A stretch of 64,000 nt of DNA from Pseudomonadota bacterium (GTDB lineage Bacteria; Pseudomonadota; Alphaproteobacteria; CACIAM-22H2), in contig JBEGVV010000086.1 in assembly GCA_041178225.1 (NCBI GenBank), positions 472 to 64,471 on the forward strand, read 5' to 3'. Within the stretch, counting starts at the first letter, position 1; every line of letters starts with the position of its first letter. Both the position numbers and the translations under genes were made by a program. The notes under the pieces were generated by a model, which was given only the letters and a program-made list of their open reading frames with translations, was not told where the DNA came from and did no database searches. Shown here piece after piece: positions 19,734 to 29,210 of the stretch.

Positions 19734-20384
19734 ATGCGCATCCCAATGATCGCGGCCATGCCGATCGCGCTTGCGATGGCGCTGGCCGGGTGCAGCATGC
19801 AGCAGGCTGCGCCCTTCGTCGTCGTCCTCCCGGTCGCTGTCGAGCTCGCGCTCGCCGAGGCGACCAAGGACGCGCGCGAGATCGGGCGCTTCGGGGCCTG
19901 GACAGCGGCGCAGGCAGGATATCCTGGTCGCCGCGCCTGCTTCGTCTCCGCGGCGCCTGCCTCGACGCTTCAGTTGCCGACGCGCATCGCCGATGTCCCG
20001 GCATCGCCGTCCGCCGCGCGCAGCGCCCCCGCCCAGCGCAGGAAGGAAGCCGTCGCTTTGGTGGTGTCGCAGCGCAGCGCCGGCCCGGTTCGCGACGAGG
20101 TCTCCTTTCGCGCCGGCTGGGATCTCGCCGCGGGGCGCGAGGTCGCGATCTCGGTCGATGGCCGCCAGGTCGCGACGCTCGCGCGACGCACCGCGCTGGA
20201 GCCGGACATAGCCCATGCGCGCGACGCGGCAGCAGGACCCGCGATCGTCGCGGCCCTGCGCGCGGGCAAGCGCCTCGAGGTCGTGAGCATCGGGCCGGCG
20301 AGCGCGACGAACAGGGACAGCTTCGACCTCGCCAGGTTCGGCGAGGCGCTCGACGCCGCGAACGCGGCCTGCGGCCTGCGCTAG
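19734..20384 (+). CDS. lipoprotein (lipobox LAGC), possibly invasion-associated-locus-B (IalB)-like
   Basis: MRIPMIAAMPIALAMALAGCS signal peptide plus lipobox; 216 aa; convergent with TPR/beta-barrel OMP gene. Confidence 0.55.
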   Translation: MRIPMIAAMPIALAMALAGCSMQQAAPFVVVLPVAVELALAEATKDAREIGRFGAWTAAQAGYPGRRACFVSAAPASTLQLPTRIADVPASPSAARSAPAQRRKEAVALVVSQRSAGPVRDEVSFRAGWDLAAGREVAISVDGRQVATLARRTALEPDIAHARDAAAGPAIVAALRAGKRLEVVSIGPASATNRDSFDLARFGEALDAANAACGLR

Positions 20385-20448
20385 CGCGTGGTCGCCCGGG
20401 GCTGGCCTCTCGCAAGGGCGTCGACCATGCGCCAGGCCGCTGGCGCGG

Positions 20449-21858
20449 TCAGAAGCGCTTCACCAGGAGCGTCTGCAGGCGGAGATTCGAGTAGTCGTAG
20501 TTCGGGATGTTCGACCGGGCCGCGAAGTGCTCGGCGGAGAAGGTCAGCGTGACGTCCTCGAGCGAGGCGGCCACTTCCTGGCCGGCCCAGCCGAACAGGT
20601 TGCCGAGCGGAAGCGTGTAGCCGGTCTTGAAGCGGCGGTTGTCGTCGCGCCGCGAGAAGGAAGCGATCGACGCGTCCGGCTCGTCGTAGCTGTCCGTGCC
20701 GATGGACGCGGATGTCGCGATGAACTGTCCGTCGCCCAGCAGCCAGAGATGGCTCAGCGATGCCTCGTGCCCGCCATAGGCGTTGTAGGATTCCTCGGCC
20801 GCCTTGCGAGTCAGGACGAGGCTGGCGCCGAGGCGATGCGAGGGCGCGAAGGACCAAGCCCCGCCGATCTCTAGATCGTAGCGGCCGCCGCTGCGCGTCG
20901 GCGCCGTCGCGGCCGACGACGTCGCCTGGAACGTCTGGGTCTGCGCCCATGCGGAGGCATGGATGTCCACGGTCCTCGATGGCGCCCAGTCGGCACGCAG
21001 CTTCGTGCCTGAGGAATGGAGATAGGGCTGGTAGTCCAGCCGGACCCGGGAATGGGTCAGCAGGGGCGAGACCGAAAGTCCATCGGCCAGCTTGAGCGAG
21101 GCCCCGCCCTCGAGGCTCAGGGCGCCGAGGTCCTGGGTGTCGATCTCGACCTGGTTCGCGACGTAGCCGACCGCGTTGAAGACGAGCTCGTGCTCGTCCT
21201 GGTGGCCGAGGTCGTGGCGTATCCCGATCGTGCCAAGCAGGAGCTGGCCGATGTCGCTCTTGCGGTGGGGTGTCGCCGCGAAGGGAAGGTCGCCGACGAA
21301 GTTCACCTTCTCGCGCGGGAACGCGTTGCGGTTGCCGTTGTACTCGAGGCCGGTCCCGAGCGAGTACGCCACACGGGTGGTCCGGCTGCGCTTCGCGATC
21401 TCCTCGAGGTATCGCTGCGCCTCGATCCGCGATTCGGGCGAGAGCTGGCTGGCATCCAGCGCCCGCAGCTCGCGCTCGGCCTCCTGGATGTTGTCCAGGC
21501 GGAAGAGCACGATCGCGTAGAGGAGGCGGATCTCAGCGGTGGCGGGCGCGAGCAGCATGATGCGCTCGAGCGTCGTCACCGCGCTCTTGAGGTCGCCCTG
21601 CGCGACGCGCTGCTGCACGAAGCGGATGTTGAGCGCCACGTCGTCGGGGCTGCGCAGCAGTTCCTCGAAGGTCACCGTCGGCCCTGCCGGCCTGGCACGC
21701 TGGCGCGACGACCCGAGCCCTTCGCCCTCGGCCTCGAGCTGCTGCTGGATGCGCTCCGGGGCGCGTTCGGGCTGGGAAGGCTGTGCCAACGCCACGGCCC
21801 CGTGGAGCAACAGAAGGAGCGCGATCGATGCCCCGAGCCTGCCGTTTGCGTGTTCCAC
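20449..21858 (-). CDS. outer-membrane protein: N-terminal TPR-like periplasmic domain + C-terminal beta-barrel (Slam/DUF560-like architecture)
   Basis: signal peptide; TPR-like helices aa 60-160; alternating amphipathic strands; C-terminal ...LLVKRF (terminal Phe typical of OMPs); GTG start. Confidence 0.6.
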   Translation of the reverse strand: MEHANGRLGASIALLLLLHGAVALAQPSQPERAPERIQQQLEAEGEGLGSSRQRARPAGPTVTFEELLRSPDDVALNIRFVQQRVAQGDLKSAVTTLERIMLLAPATAEIRLLYAIVLFRLDNIQEAERELRALDASQLSPESRIEAQRYLEEIAKRSRTTRVAYSLGTGLEYNGNRNAFPREKVNFVGDLPFAATPHRKSDIGQLLLGTIGIRHDLGHQDEHELVFNAVGYVANQVEIDTQDLGALSLEGGASLKLADGLSVSPLLTHSRVRLDYQPYLHSSGTKLRADWAPSRTVDIHASAWAQTQTFQATSSAATAPTRSGGRYDLEIGGAWSFAPSHRLGASLVLTRKAAEESYNAYGGHEASLSHLWLLGDGQFIATSASIGTDSYDEPDASIASFSRRDDNRRFKTGYTLPLGNLFGWAGQEVAASLEDVTLTFSAEHFAARSNIPNYDYSNLRLQTLLVKRF

Positions 21859-22067
21859 GATTCGATCGTCCGGGAAGGGAACGGGGCGCGACGCCCGTTC
21901 TGGAGCGAGCTCGCAGCATCGGGTTTCGCCACGCGGCGCGCCGCCGAACTTCGACCAATGCGGAGATATCTCGCCCCTTGCTGTAGCGCGACGCGTGCTG
22001 CTGTCGGAGCGTCCGGCCCGCCTCGGCCAGCGGGGATCCCGGAAGCCTTGGAAACAGGCGAAACCCG

Positions 22068-23705
22068 ATGTCCAGATCCGCAGCCGTCCTTGCCATCGCC
22101 CTCGCGTCCTGGGTGGGAGCCGCCGCAGCCCCTTCCGGCGCGCAGCAGCCCGGCGATGGCCGCGTCGGCACCGCGGCGGCGGTTCGCGGGGCCGTTCAGC
22201 TCGCGGCGCTCGGGCCCGCGCCGACCAGTCTCGCGCGGCAGGTCGGCACGGTGGTCACGAGCGGATCCCCGCTGTTCCTGGGCGACGCGATCGAATCCGG
22301 GCCCGGGGCAGGGCTGCAGGTCCTGCTTGCGGACGAAACCGTCTTCACGATCGGCCCCGACGCGCGTCTCACCATCGACGAGTTCGTCTACAGCCCTGCA
22401 GGCGGTGCCGGGCGCCTCACGGCGACCGTCGCGCGCGGCGCCTTCCGCATGATCAGCGGGAAGGTCGCCGCGGCGGGACCGGACGCGATGCGCGTCAGGA
22501 CGCCGGTGGCCACGATCGGCATCCGGGGCACGATGGTCGGCGGCGAGGTCGGCCAACGGGGCGAGACCTTCGTCGTCCTGCTCGGCCCGGGCCCGCGCGC
22601 GATGGCGGAAGGCCAGCGCGTCGGCCGCATCGCGGTCTTCGCCAACGCGGCGCCGCCGGGCCAGGCCGTGGAGATCACGCGCGCGGGATTCGGCACCACG
22701 GTCTCGGCGCCGTCGATCGCGCCGCCGCCACCCGCGCGCATCGACCAGGCGCGCATCCAGCAGCTTGGCGCATCGCTGCAGAGCCGCGGCGCACCGCCGC
22801 CATCTCCGGCCGCGCCGGCCGCACAGCAGGGACAGGGCGGCGCGCAGGCCGCCGCCCCGCAGCAGCAAGGCCAGGCCGCGCCGGCCCCTGGCTCCGAGCC
22901 GCCGGCTGCAAGTGCGGCAGCCGCCGCGGCGATCGAGCCCGGTGCACCGCCCCCGACACCACAGGCGGCGCCCGCGCCGATCGTCCCGCCGGTCGCCGCC
23001 TTCGCGCCGCCCATGCCGACAGATCTCGGCGCGATGGTCGTCGACCTCGGCTCCGCGGTCCGCCTGGCGGTGCAGCAGGCGAACGAGCAGCAGCTGGCTC
23101 CGGGCAGCACCACCACCACGGCGACGAACGCGGCATTCACCCTGCCGGAGATCGCCCGCCAGGCTCAGCTCAATGCGACGCTGCCGCAGAACGTGGTGCT
23201 GCCGCTCGCCATCCAGCTCGACTGGTCGAACATCCCCGACCTCGACCTCCACATGACCGCGCCCGACGGTGCCGGGGGCAGGGCGCATGTCTTCTTCGGC
23301 AATACCGGCAGCTACAACTCGGCGCCTTTCGTGAAGCTCGGCAACGACCGCGTCGCCAGCATAGGCGGGTCCGAGGTCATGGCGATAAACGGGCTGACGA
23401 CGACGAACCTCCCGGCCGACAACCTGTATCGCGCCACGGTCCATAACTTCGGCGACCAGTCCGCAAGCGGCACGACGCTATCGAGCCTCTCCAACGCGAC
23501 GGTCAAGGTCGTGACCGGCGGCACGCTCGACGTGTCCGGCAACACGGGCGACCGGATCTCCGGCGGCACCACGCGCGGCGTCTTCACCGTGCCGCAAGGC
23601 GGTGCCGGGAACGCGTGGGTCGTGCTGGAGATCAATCCCCTCACGCGGGTCGTGAAGCCCGTCGGCACGATCACGAACATGCCCAATCCCGCCTCCGCCC
23701 CATGA
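22068..23705 (+). CDS. secreted FecR-domain protein with Pro/Ala-rich linker and beta-rich C-terminal domain
   Basis: signal peptide MSRSAAVLAIALASWVGAAAA; FecR-like block GDAIESGPGAGLQVLLADETVFTIGPDARLTIDEF...ARGAFRM...GIRGT; low-complexity PAPQ linker; divergent from the OMP gene. Confidence 0.65.
   Translation: MSRSAAVLAIALASWVGAAAAPSGAQQPGDGRVGTAAAVRGAVQLAALGPAPTSLARQVGTVVTSGSPLFLGDAIESGPGAGLQVLLADETVFTIGPDARLTIDEFVYSPAGGAGRLTATVARGAFRMISGKVAAAGPDAMRVRTPVATIGIRGTMVGGEVGQRGETFVVLLGPGPRAMAEGQRVGRIAVFANAAPPGQAVEITRAGFGTTVSAPSIAPPPPARIDQARIQQLGASLQSRGAPPPSPAAPAAQQGQGGAQAAAPQQQGQAAPAPGSEPPAASAAAAAAIEPGAPPPTPQAAPAPIVPPVAAFAPPMPTDLGAMVVDLGSAVRLAVQQANEQQLAPGSTTTTATNAAFTLPEIARQAQLNATLPQNVVLPLAIQLDWSNIPDLDLHMTAPDGAGGRAHVFFGNTGSYNSAPFVKLGNDRVASIGGSEVMAINGLTTTNLPADNLYRATVHNFGDQSASGTTLSSLSNATVKVVTGGTLDVSGNTGDRISGGTTRGVFTVPQGGAGNAWVVLEINPLTRVVKPVGTITNMPNPASAP
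22710..23013 (+). repeat. Pro/Ala/Gln-rich low-complexity coding repeats inside FecR-domain gene
   Basis: APPPSPAAPAAQQGQGGAQAAAPQQQGQAAPAPG...; GC-rich near-tandem DNA repeats. Confidence 0.5.
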
Positions 23706-23744
23706 GGGGCGCTTTCCCGTCCGCCGCGGGCGGCTGAGCCTGCG

Positions 23745-24116
23745 ATGCGAAGCGATGGCCGCGGCGCCTCGATGCGCCCTCGCGTCTTCCGTCCCGGCGA
23801 GATCGTCTTCCTCGAGGGCATGCACGGCGAGGAAGCCTTCCTCCTGAAGGAGGGCGCGGTGGAGATCTTCCGTTCGTCCGGGTCGGGAGAGGTGGTCCTC
23901 GCCACGATCACGCCCGGGGACATCTTCGGGGAGATGGCGCTCGTCGACTCCCGGCCGCGTTCGGCGAGCGCGCGCTGCGTCGGCGTCGTCGTGGCGACCC
24001 CGATCCCGCGCCGGCTCCTCGAGCAGGAACTCGCGCGGAGCCCGATGATCGTGCGGGCCCTCGTCGAGCGCTACATCCGCATCATCCGCGACGCCAATCG
24101 CCGGCTGGGGGACTGA
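23745..24116 (+). CDS. stand-alone cyclic-nucleotide-binding (cNMP) domain protein
   Basis: canonical phosphate-binding cassette FGEMALVDSRPRSASARCV; 123 aa; 1 nt before CHASE2 cyclase start. Confidence 0.8.
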   Translation: MRSDGRGASMRPRVFRPGEIVFLEGMHGEEAFLLKEGAVEIFRSSGSGEVVLATITPGDIFGEMALVDSRPRSASARCVGVVVATPIPRRLLEQELARSPMIVRALVERYIRIIRDANRRLGD

Positions 24117-24117
24117 C

Positions 24118-26373
24118 GTGACCATTCGCAGCTTCGCCGCCGTCCTTCGCCGCGGCATATCGGTCATCGTGCCGAGCGTCCTGCTCGTCCTCGTCCTCGT
24201 CCTGCGCCAGGCGGACCCGGGCGACGTGCTCACCGATTTCCGCAATCGCGTCTTCGACCTCTACCAGCGCCTCGAGCCGCGTGCCCAGTCGGACGCGCCC
24301 GTGCGGATCGTCGACATCGACGACGAGACGCTGGCGCGGCTTGGCATCCAGTGGCCATGGCCGCGCACGATCCTCGCGCGCATGACGACCGCGCTCGCCG
24401 AGGCCGGCGCCGCGGCGATCGTCTTCGACGTCGTCTTCGCGGAACCCGATCGCACGTCGCCGGCAAGCGCCGCCAGGATCTGGAACCTGCCCGAGGACGA
24501 CGTCGAACTGCGCGCGAGGCTCGAGGCCATTGCCGACCACGATCGCGTCTTCGCCGAGGCGATCGCCGCGGCCGGCAACGTCGTGACCGGCTTCGCCCTG
24601 ACGCCCGACAGGACGGCCGCGCGACCCCTGCCGCGCGGTGGCTTCGCCGTCGCGGGAGACGACCCGCGGGAATTCCTGCGCGGGCGCTATGCCGGGGCGG
24701 TGACGACCCTGCCGGACCTCGAGCGGGCCGCGGCGGGCAACGGCTTCATGAACTTCGCCCCCGGGACGGATCTCGTGGTCAGGTCCGTCCCGTTGCTCCT
24801 CGCCTCGCAGGATGGCCGGCTCCATCCGAGCCTGGTCGCGGAGGCCTTGCGGGTCGCGCAGGGTGCCCGCACCTCGATCGTGAAGTCGTCCGGAGCGAGC
24901 GGCGAGACGGCCTTCGGCGCGCGCTCGGGCATCAACCAGGTCAAGATCGGCCAGTTCGTCGTCCCGACCGACGCGCAGGGCGGCATCGTCGCGCATTATG
25001 CGCGCCGCCGGGACGGGCTCTACGTCCCCGCCTGGAAGGTGCTCGACGGGGCCGCGGACGCGGCGGAATTCGATGGCGCCATCGTCCTGGTCGGCACGTC
25101 GGCCGCCGGGCTGCGCGACCTGCGCCCATCTCCGATCGATCCGCTCATGCCCGGCGTCGAGGCGCATGCGCAGGCGCTCGAGCAGATCCTGCTCGGGCAC
25201 TTCCTGTCGCGTCCGGACTGGGCGGATGGCGTGGAATGGCTGACCACGCTGGTCCTTGGCGGCGCGATGATCGCGCTCCTCGCGACGGTCGGCGCCCTCG
25301 CGTCCGCCCTCGTCGGCTTCGCGGCGGTCGGAGGCATCATCGTCGCATCCTGGTACTGCTACCGCGAGATATTGTGGCTCTTCGACCCGGTCTTCCCGGC
25401 CGCGGCGTCGCTCGCCATCTACCTGTCGGGCTCCCTCATCGGCTACCTGCGCACCGAGGCGGAGCGCAAGCAGGTGCGTGGCGCCTTCTCGCAGTACCTG
25501 TCGCCGGACCTCGTCGAGCGGCTGGCGCGCGATCCGTCGTTGCTGCGCCTGGGCGGCGAGACCCGGAACCTCACGCTGATGTTCTGCGACGTCCGCGGCT
25601 TCACGTCGATCTCGGAGCGGTTCAAGGCCGATCCCCAGCGGCTTACCCAGCTCATCAACCGGTTGCTCACGCCGATGACCGAGGTGGTCCTCGAGCGCCG
25701 GGGGACGATCGACAAGTACATGGGCGACTGCATCATGGCGTTCTGGAACGCGCCGCTCGACAACCCGGCGCACGCCGTCGATGCCTGCGCCTCGGCGCTC
25801 GCCATCCAGTCCTGCCTCGCCGACCTCAACGCGGAGCTCGCGCGCGAGGCGTTGGCCGCCGGCGAGAAGCACCAGGACCTTGCCGTCGCGATCGGGATCA
25901 ACACCGGCGACTGCGTCGTCGGCAACATGGGATCGCGGCAGCGCTTCGACTACTCGGCGCTGGGCGACACCGTGAACCTGGCGTCGAGGCTGGAAGGGCA
26001 GTCGCGCGCCTATGGCGTCGACATCGTCGTGGGTTCCTCGACCCGCTCCGCGGCCGGGGGGCTCGCGGCGATCGAGCTCGACCTCATCGTCGTCAAGGGC
26101 AAGAGCGAGCCCGAGAGGATCCACGCTCTCCTCGGCGGCGAGGACGAGGCGCGCACGCCGGCGTTTCGCGACTTCGCGGCGCTGCACGACAGGATGCTCG
26201 CGGCCTATCGCGGGCAGGCCTGGGACGAAGCGGTCGAGATCTCGGCGCGCTGCGCCGCCGCCCGGCCGACCCTGTCCGCGCTCTACGCGATGTACGAGAA
26301 GCGCATCGCCCAATACCGGGCCGAACCGCCTGGCAGCGACTGGGACGGCGTCTTCGTCGCCAGGAGCAAGTGA
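24118..26373 (+). CDS. CHASE2-sensor class-III adenylate cyclase (membrane, periplasmic CHASE2 + TMs + cyclase domain)
   Basis: N-terminal TM, ~330-aa CHASE2-like region, 3 TM, then LTLMFCDVRGFTSISE...IDKYMGDCIMAFWNAP...GINTGDCVVGNMG (metal Asp and substrate Lys suggest adenylate specificity). Confidence 0.85.
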   Translation: MTIRSFAAVLRRGISVIVPSVLLVLVLVLRQADPGDVLTDFRNRVFDLYQRLEPRAQSDAPVRIVDIDDETLARLGIQWPWPRTILARMTTALAEAGAAAIVFDVVFAEPDRTSPASAARIWNLPEDDVELRARLEAIADHDRVFAEAIAAAGNVVTGFALTPDRTAARPLPRGGFAVAGDDPREFLRGRYAGAVTTLPDLERAAAGNGFMNFAPGTDLVVRSVPLLLASQDGRLHPSLVAEALRVAQGARTSIVKSSGASGETAFGARSGINQVKIGQFVVPTDAQGGIVAHYARRRDGLYVPAWKVLDGAADAAEFDGAIVLVGTSAAGLRDLRPSPIDPLMPGVEAHAQALEQILLGHFLSRPDWADGVEWLTTLVLGGAMIALLATVGALASALVGFAAVGGIIVASWYCYREILWLFDPVFPAAASLAIYLSGSLIGYLRTEAERKQVRGAFSQYLSPDLVERLARDPSLLRLGGETRNLTLMFCDVRGFTSISERFKADPQRLTQLINRLLTPMTEVVLERRGTIDKYMGDCIMAFWNAPLDNPAHAVDACASALAIQSCLADLNAELAREALAAGEKHQDLAVAIGINTGDCVVGNMGSRQRFDYSALGDTVNLASRLEGQSRAYGVDIVVGSSTRSAAGGLAAIELDLIVVKGKSEPERIHALLGGEDEARTPAFRDFAALHDRMLAAYRGQAWDEAVEISARCAAARPTLSALYAMYEKRIAQYRAEPPGSDWDGVFVARSK

Positions 26374-26386
26374 GCGCGCTGCCCGT

Positions 26387-27655
26387 TCAGGCGTCGACCT
26401 CGACTTCCGAGCGAGGGAGGCCGACGCAGGCGAGGCACGAGCCGGGGGCGATGTCCGCGCCCGGCTTGCCTGCGTAGCCGACCTCGCCGCGCCGCACGGC
26501 GGTCGTGCACGAGCCGCAATTGCCGGCGCGGCAGCCCGAGTCCATGGCTATCCCCGCGGCCTCGGCCATCTCGAGGATGGTCGCCGCGCCGTTCCAGGCC
26601 ACGCGCTTGCCCGATCGCGCGAACACGACGGCGAGCTCGCCGGCCGGCGCGGGCGCGGTGGCGGCCGGCGGGGCCGCACCCTTCACCGAGGCGGGGCCGA
26701 AGGCCTCGTGGTGGATTCGCCCGGGCTCGACGCCCGCCGCGCCGAGGCCCTCCACCACCGACTTCATCATCGGCGGGGGGCCGCAGAGGTAGAAATGCGG
26801 CGACGCCATGTCGCCGACGACGCGCCGGATCAGGTCGACGCTGACGCGTTCGGCATGCTGGAAGCGCTCGCCGGGGGCCTCGCCCGGCTCGGGGTCGCTG
26901 TAGCAGACGTTCATGCTGACGTTGGGGTTGCGCGCGGCGACCGCCGCGAGGTGGTCCGCCATCGCGTGCTCGGCGCCGTTGCGCACGCCGTAGAAGAACC
27001 AGACCGCGCGCCGCGCGTCGGCGTCGACGATCGCGTTGAGCATGGACAGGACGGGCGTCAGGCCGACGCCGCCGCCGATCAGGACGACCGGCGTCGTGTC
27101 GGCGGGGTCCAGCCAGAACGCGCCCGACGGCGCGCGCACGTCGACGATGTCGCCGACCTCCAGGTCGTCGTGGAAGAAGCAGGAGGAGACGCCGGGCGGG
27201 ATCTCGGGCTTGCCGGGGGGCGAGCCGACGCGCTTGATGGTCACGCGGAAATACTCGGCGCGCGGGGCGTCCGACAGCGAATAGCAGCGCGTCACGGGCT
27301 TCGGCTGCCCCGGTATGTTCAGCTTGAAGGTCAGGTACTGGCCGGGATTGAAGCCCGGCAGCGGGCGGCGGTCGTGGGGCTCGAGGTAGAAGGACCGCGT
27401 GTCGCGTGCCTCGAGCACCTTGCGCGCGACGACGAACTTGCGGAACCCGTCCCAGGTGCGCTCCGCCTTCTCGCGCTCGCGCGCGCGACGCTCGGCGATC
27501 TCGGCCACGCGGGCGGAGAGCAGCGCCCGCTCGGCCTCCGCGCTGCGTCGCGCGGTCCGGGTTGCCTCAACCTCTCGCCAGCCGGCGACGGCAAGCCTGG
27601 CGCCAAGCCCGGCGAGGAGGAGCGATGCCGCGGCGGGCAGCAACGTGTCGAGCAT
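26387..27655 (-). CDS. membrane-anchored FNR-type oxidoreductase: TM anchor + FAD-binding + NAD(P)-binding + C-terminal plant-type [2Fe-2S] ferredoxin
   Basis: N-terminal TM; RCYSLS FAD motif; VLIGGGVGLTPVLSML NAD(P) motif; C-terminal CRAGNCGSCTTAV...C; GGAAGG RBS; 18 nt after OMP gene. Confidence 0.8.
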   Translation of the reverse strand: MLDTLLPAAASLLLAGLGARLAVAGWREVEATRTARRSAEAERALLSARVAEIAERRAREREKAERTWDGFRKFVVARKVLEARDTRSFYLEPHDRRPLPGFNPGQYLTFKLNIPGQPKPVTRCYSLSDAPRAEYFRVTIKRVGSPPGKPEIPPGVSSCFFHDDLEVGDIVDVRAPSGAFWLDPADTTPVVLIGGGVGLTPVLSMLNAIVDADARRAVWFFYGVRNGAEHAMADHLAAVAARNPNVSMNVCYSDPEPGEAPGERFQHAERVSVDLIRRVVGDMASPHFYLCGPPPMMKSVVEGLGAAGVEPGRIHHEAFGPASVKGAAPPAATAPAPAGELAVVFARSGKRVAWNGAATILEMAEAAGIAMDSGCRAGNCGSCTTAVRRGEVGYAGKPGADIAPGSCLACVGLPRSEVEVDA

Positions 27656-27673
27656 GCGCGGGCCTTCCGTTTC

Positions 27674-29191
27674 TCAGAACTTGATACGCAGCTCGGACCG
27701 GATCCCGAGCAGGTCGTTGTCGCGGTCGCGGCGCGCGGCTATGGCATCGGCGCGGAAGATGAGCGCGTTGGTGAGCGGAAGCTGGTACCTGATACCGGCG
27801 CCATATTGCGGGCCGCGGGCCGCGCGGCCAGCCTCGAAGGCGCCTTCGCGCACGTCGAGCCCGGCGATCTCGACGACGATCTGCTGGTCGAGCTCGAAGA
27901 GGTACTGGATCCCGAGGGCGCCGCCATAGGTGTTGTGCGCGCTGTCGTCGAGCTTCGGGAAGTTCGTCAATCCGTCTGTCTCGAACAGGATGCCCGTGTT
28001 CTTCAGGATCCCGCCGGCGCCGGGGTCGCGCGCCAGGGACTGCGGCCGGTCGAAGCCCGCGAACAGGTTGAAGTACGGCACGAGCGTCAGCGGCTTGTGG
28101 CTGATCAGGGAGTTTTCCAGAAGCACCGCGAAGCCGTCCGCGCTCTGCTGGCGATTGCGCTCGCGGTCCTGGCCGAAGGCGCCGACGACGCGGACGCTGT
28201 TCGACAGCCAGCCGCCATAGCGGCGCGTGAAGGAGATCGCCGCGCTGTCGTAGCCCTGCTCCGCGAGCTCGCGGCGCCCGTCCACGCGACCGATCCCGAA
28301 CTCCCAGTGCCCTTCGTTGGCGTCCACGAACAGGGCGGCGCCCATGATCCGGGCGTCCTTGTCCGCGAAGTCGCCCAGGGCGTTGCGCAGCGCCGGGCTC
28401 GAGACCTTGTTGAACCCGGCGAACACGGAGACGTCCATGTTCGATATGCCCAGCGTCCGGCTGTTGCGGCCAGCCTGCCCGAATGCGACGCCGGTGATCG
28501 CATCGTCCATCCATACGCCATTGTGGAAGACCAGCGGCATGAGGCCTGCCGCGAAGGGAATGTCGACGGTGCTGTACGTGCCGAACGCCCCGGACGCGAT
28601 GTTGCCGAGGTCGCCCTCGAAGAAGAAGGCGTCCACGTTGCCGTCCAGGGTCGCCTCGCCTCGGCGCCGGTCGTCCCCGGCGAACTCGTAGCGCGTGAAC
28701 TTTCCATTGCGGTCGAAGGGGCGGAACAGCGCGTGGAAGCGCTCGGTCGACGTGATCGCGAGGTCCGCCTCGAGGTTGAGGCGCGTCGCGACCTGCCCGA
28801 CCTCCTTGCTGCCCGTGTCGTTGAACGCCATCGCGGCGCGCCAGTCGCCGTACACGACCAGCGACGGGCTGGCGGGGTTCTTCGCCCCGAGGAAGTGATA
28901 GGAGGGAGGGAGCGGGCCCTCGCGGTAGAGCGGCCGCCCGATCTCGATGAGCGGCCGCGGGGTCTTCACCTCGCGCTTGCCGCCATAGATGTCGACCTGG
29001 CGTTCCGCGTCATAGGCGCCCGTGCCGTAGGACGGATCGGGCTTGAAGACGCCGGGGTCGTGCGGCACGCGCTCGACGCCCGGAGACATCGCGGGTTCCT
29101 CCTCGGCCGCGCGCGCGGGCGCGGCCGGGGCCGAGGCGAGCGCGGCGGCGACGAGGAGGGGAATGAAGCCGCTGCGAAGGTCGATGGTCAT
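27674..29191 (-). CDS. outer-membrane beta-barrel protein (porin-like, ~505 aa) within cytochrome operon
   Basis: signal peptide MTIDLRSGFIPLLVAAALASAPAAPARA; amphipathic beta-strand pattern; C-terminal ...SELRIKF; AAGGA RBS. Confidence 0.7.
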   Translation of the reverse strand: MTIDLRSGFIPLLVAAALASAPAAPARAAEEEPAMSPGVERVPHDPGVFKPDPSYGTGAYDAERQVDIYGGKREVKTPRPLIEIGRPLYREGPLPPSYHFLGAKNPASPSLVVYGDWRAAMAFNDTGSKEVGQVATRLNLEADLAITSTERFHALFRPFDRNGKFTRYEFAGDDRRRGEATLDGNVDAFFFEGDLGNIASGAFGTYSTVDIPFAAGLMPLVFHNGVWMDDAITGVAFGQAGRNSRTLGISNMDVSVFAGFNKVSSPALRNALGDFADKDARIMGAALFVDANEGHWEFGIGRVDGRRELAEQGYDSAAISFTRRYGGWLSNSVRVVGAFGQDRERNRQQSADGFAVLLENSLISHKPLTLVPYFNLFAGFDRPQSLARDPGAGGILKNTGILFETDGLTNFPKLDDSAHNTYGGALGIQYLFELDQQIVVEIAGLDVREGAFEAGRAARGPQYGAGIRYQLPLTNALIFRADAIAARRDRDNDLLGIRSELRIKF

Positions 29192-29210
29192 CTCTGGCGT
29201 CCTTGGCGGC

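Noticed and set aside
27674-29191. Calling the operon beta-barrel an MtrB/PioB orthologue
   Set aside because: Its 505-aa size and lack of checked similarity do not justify an orthology claim, so it is described only as a porin-like OM beta-barrel.
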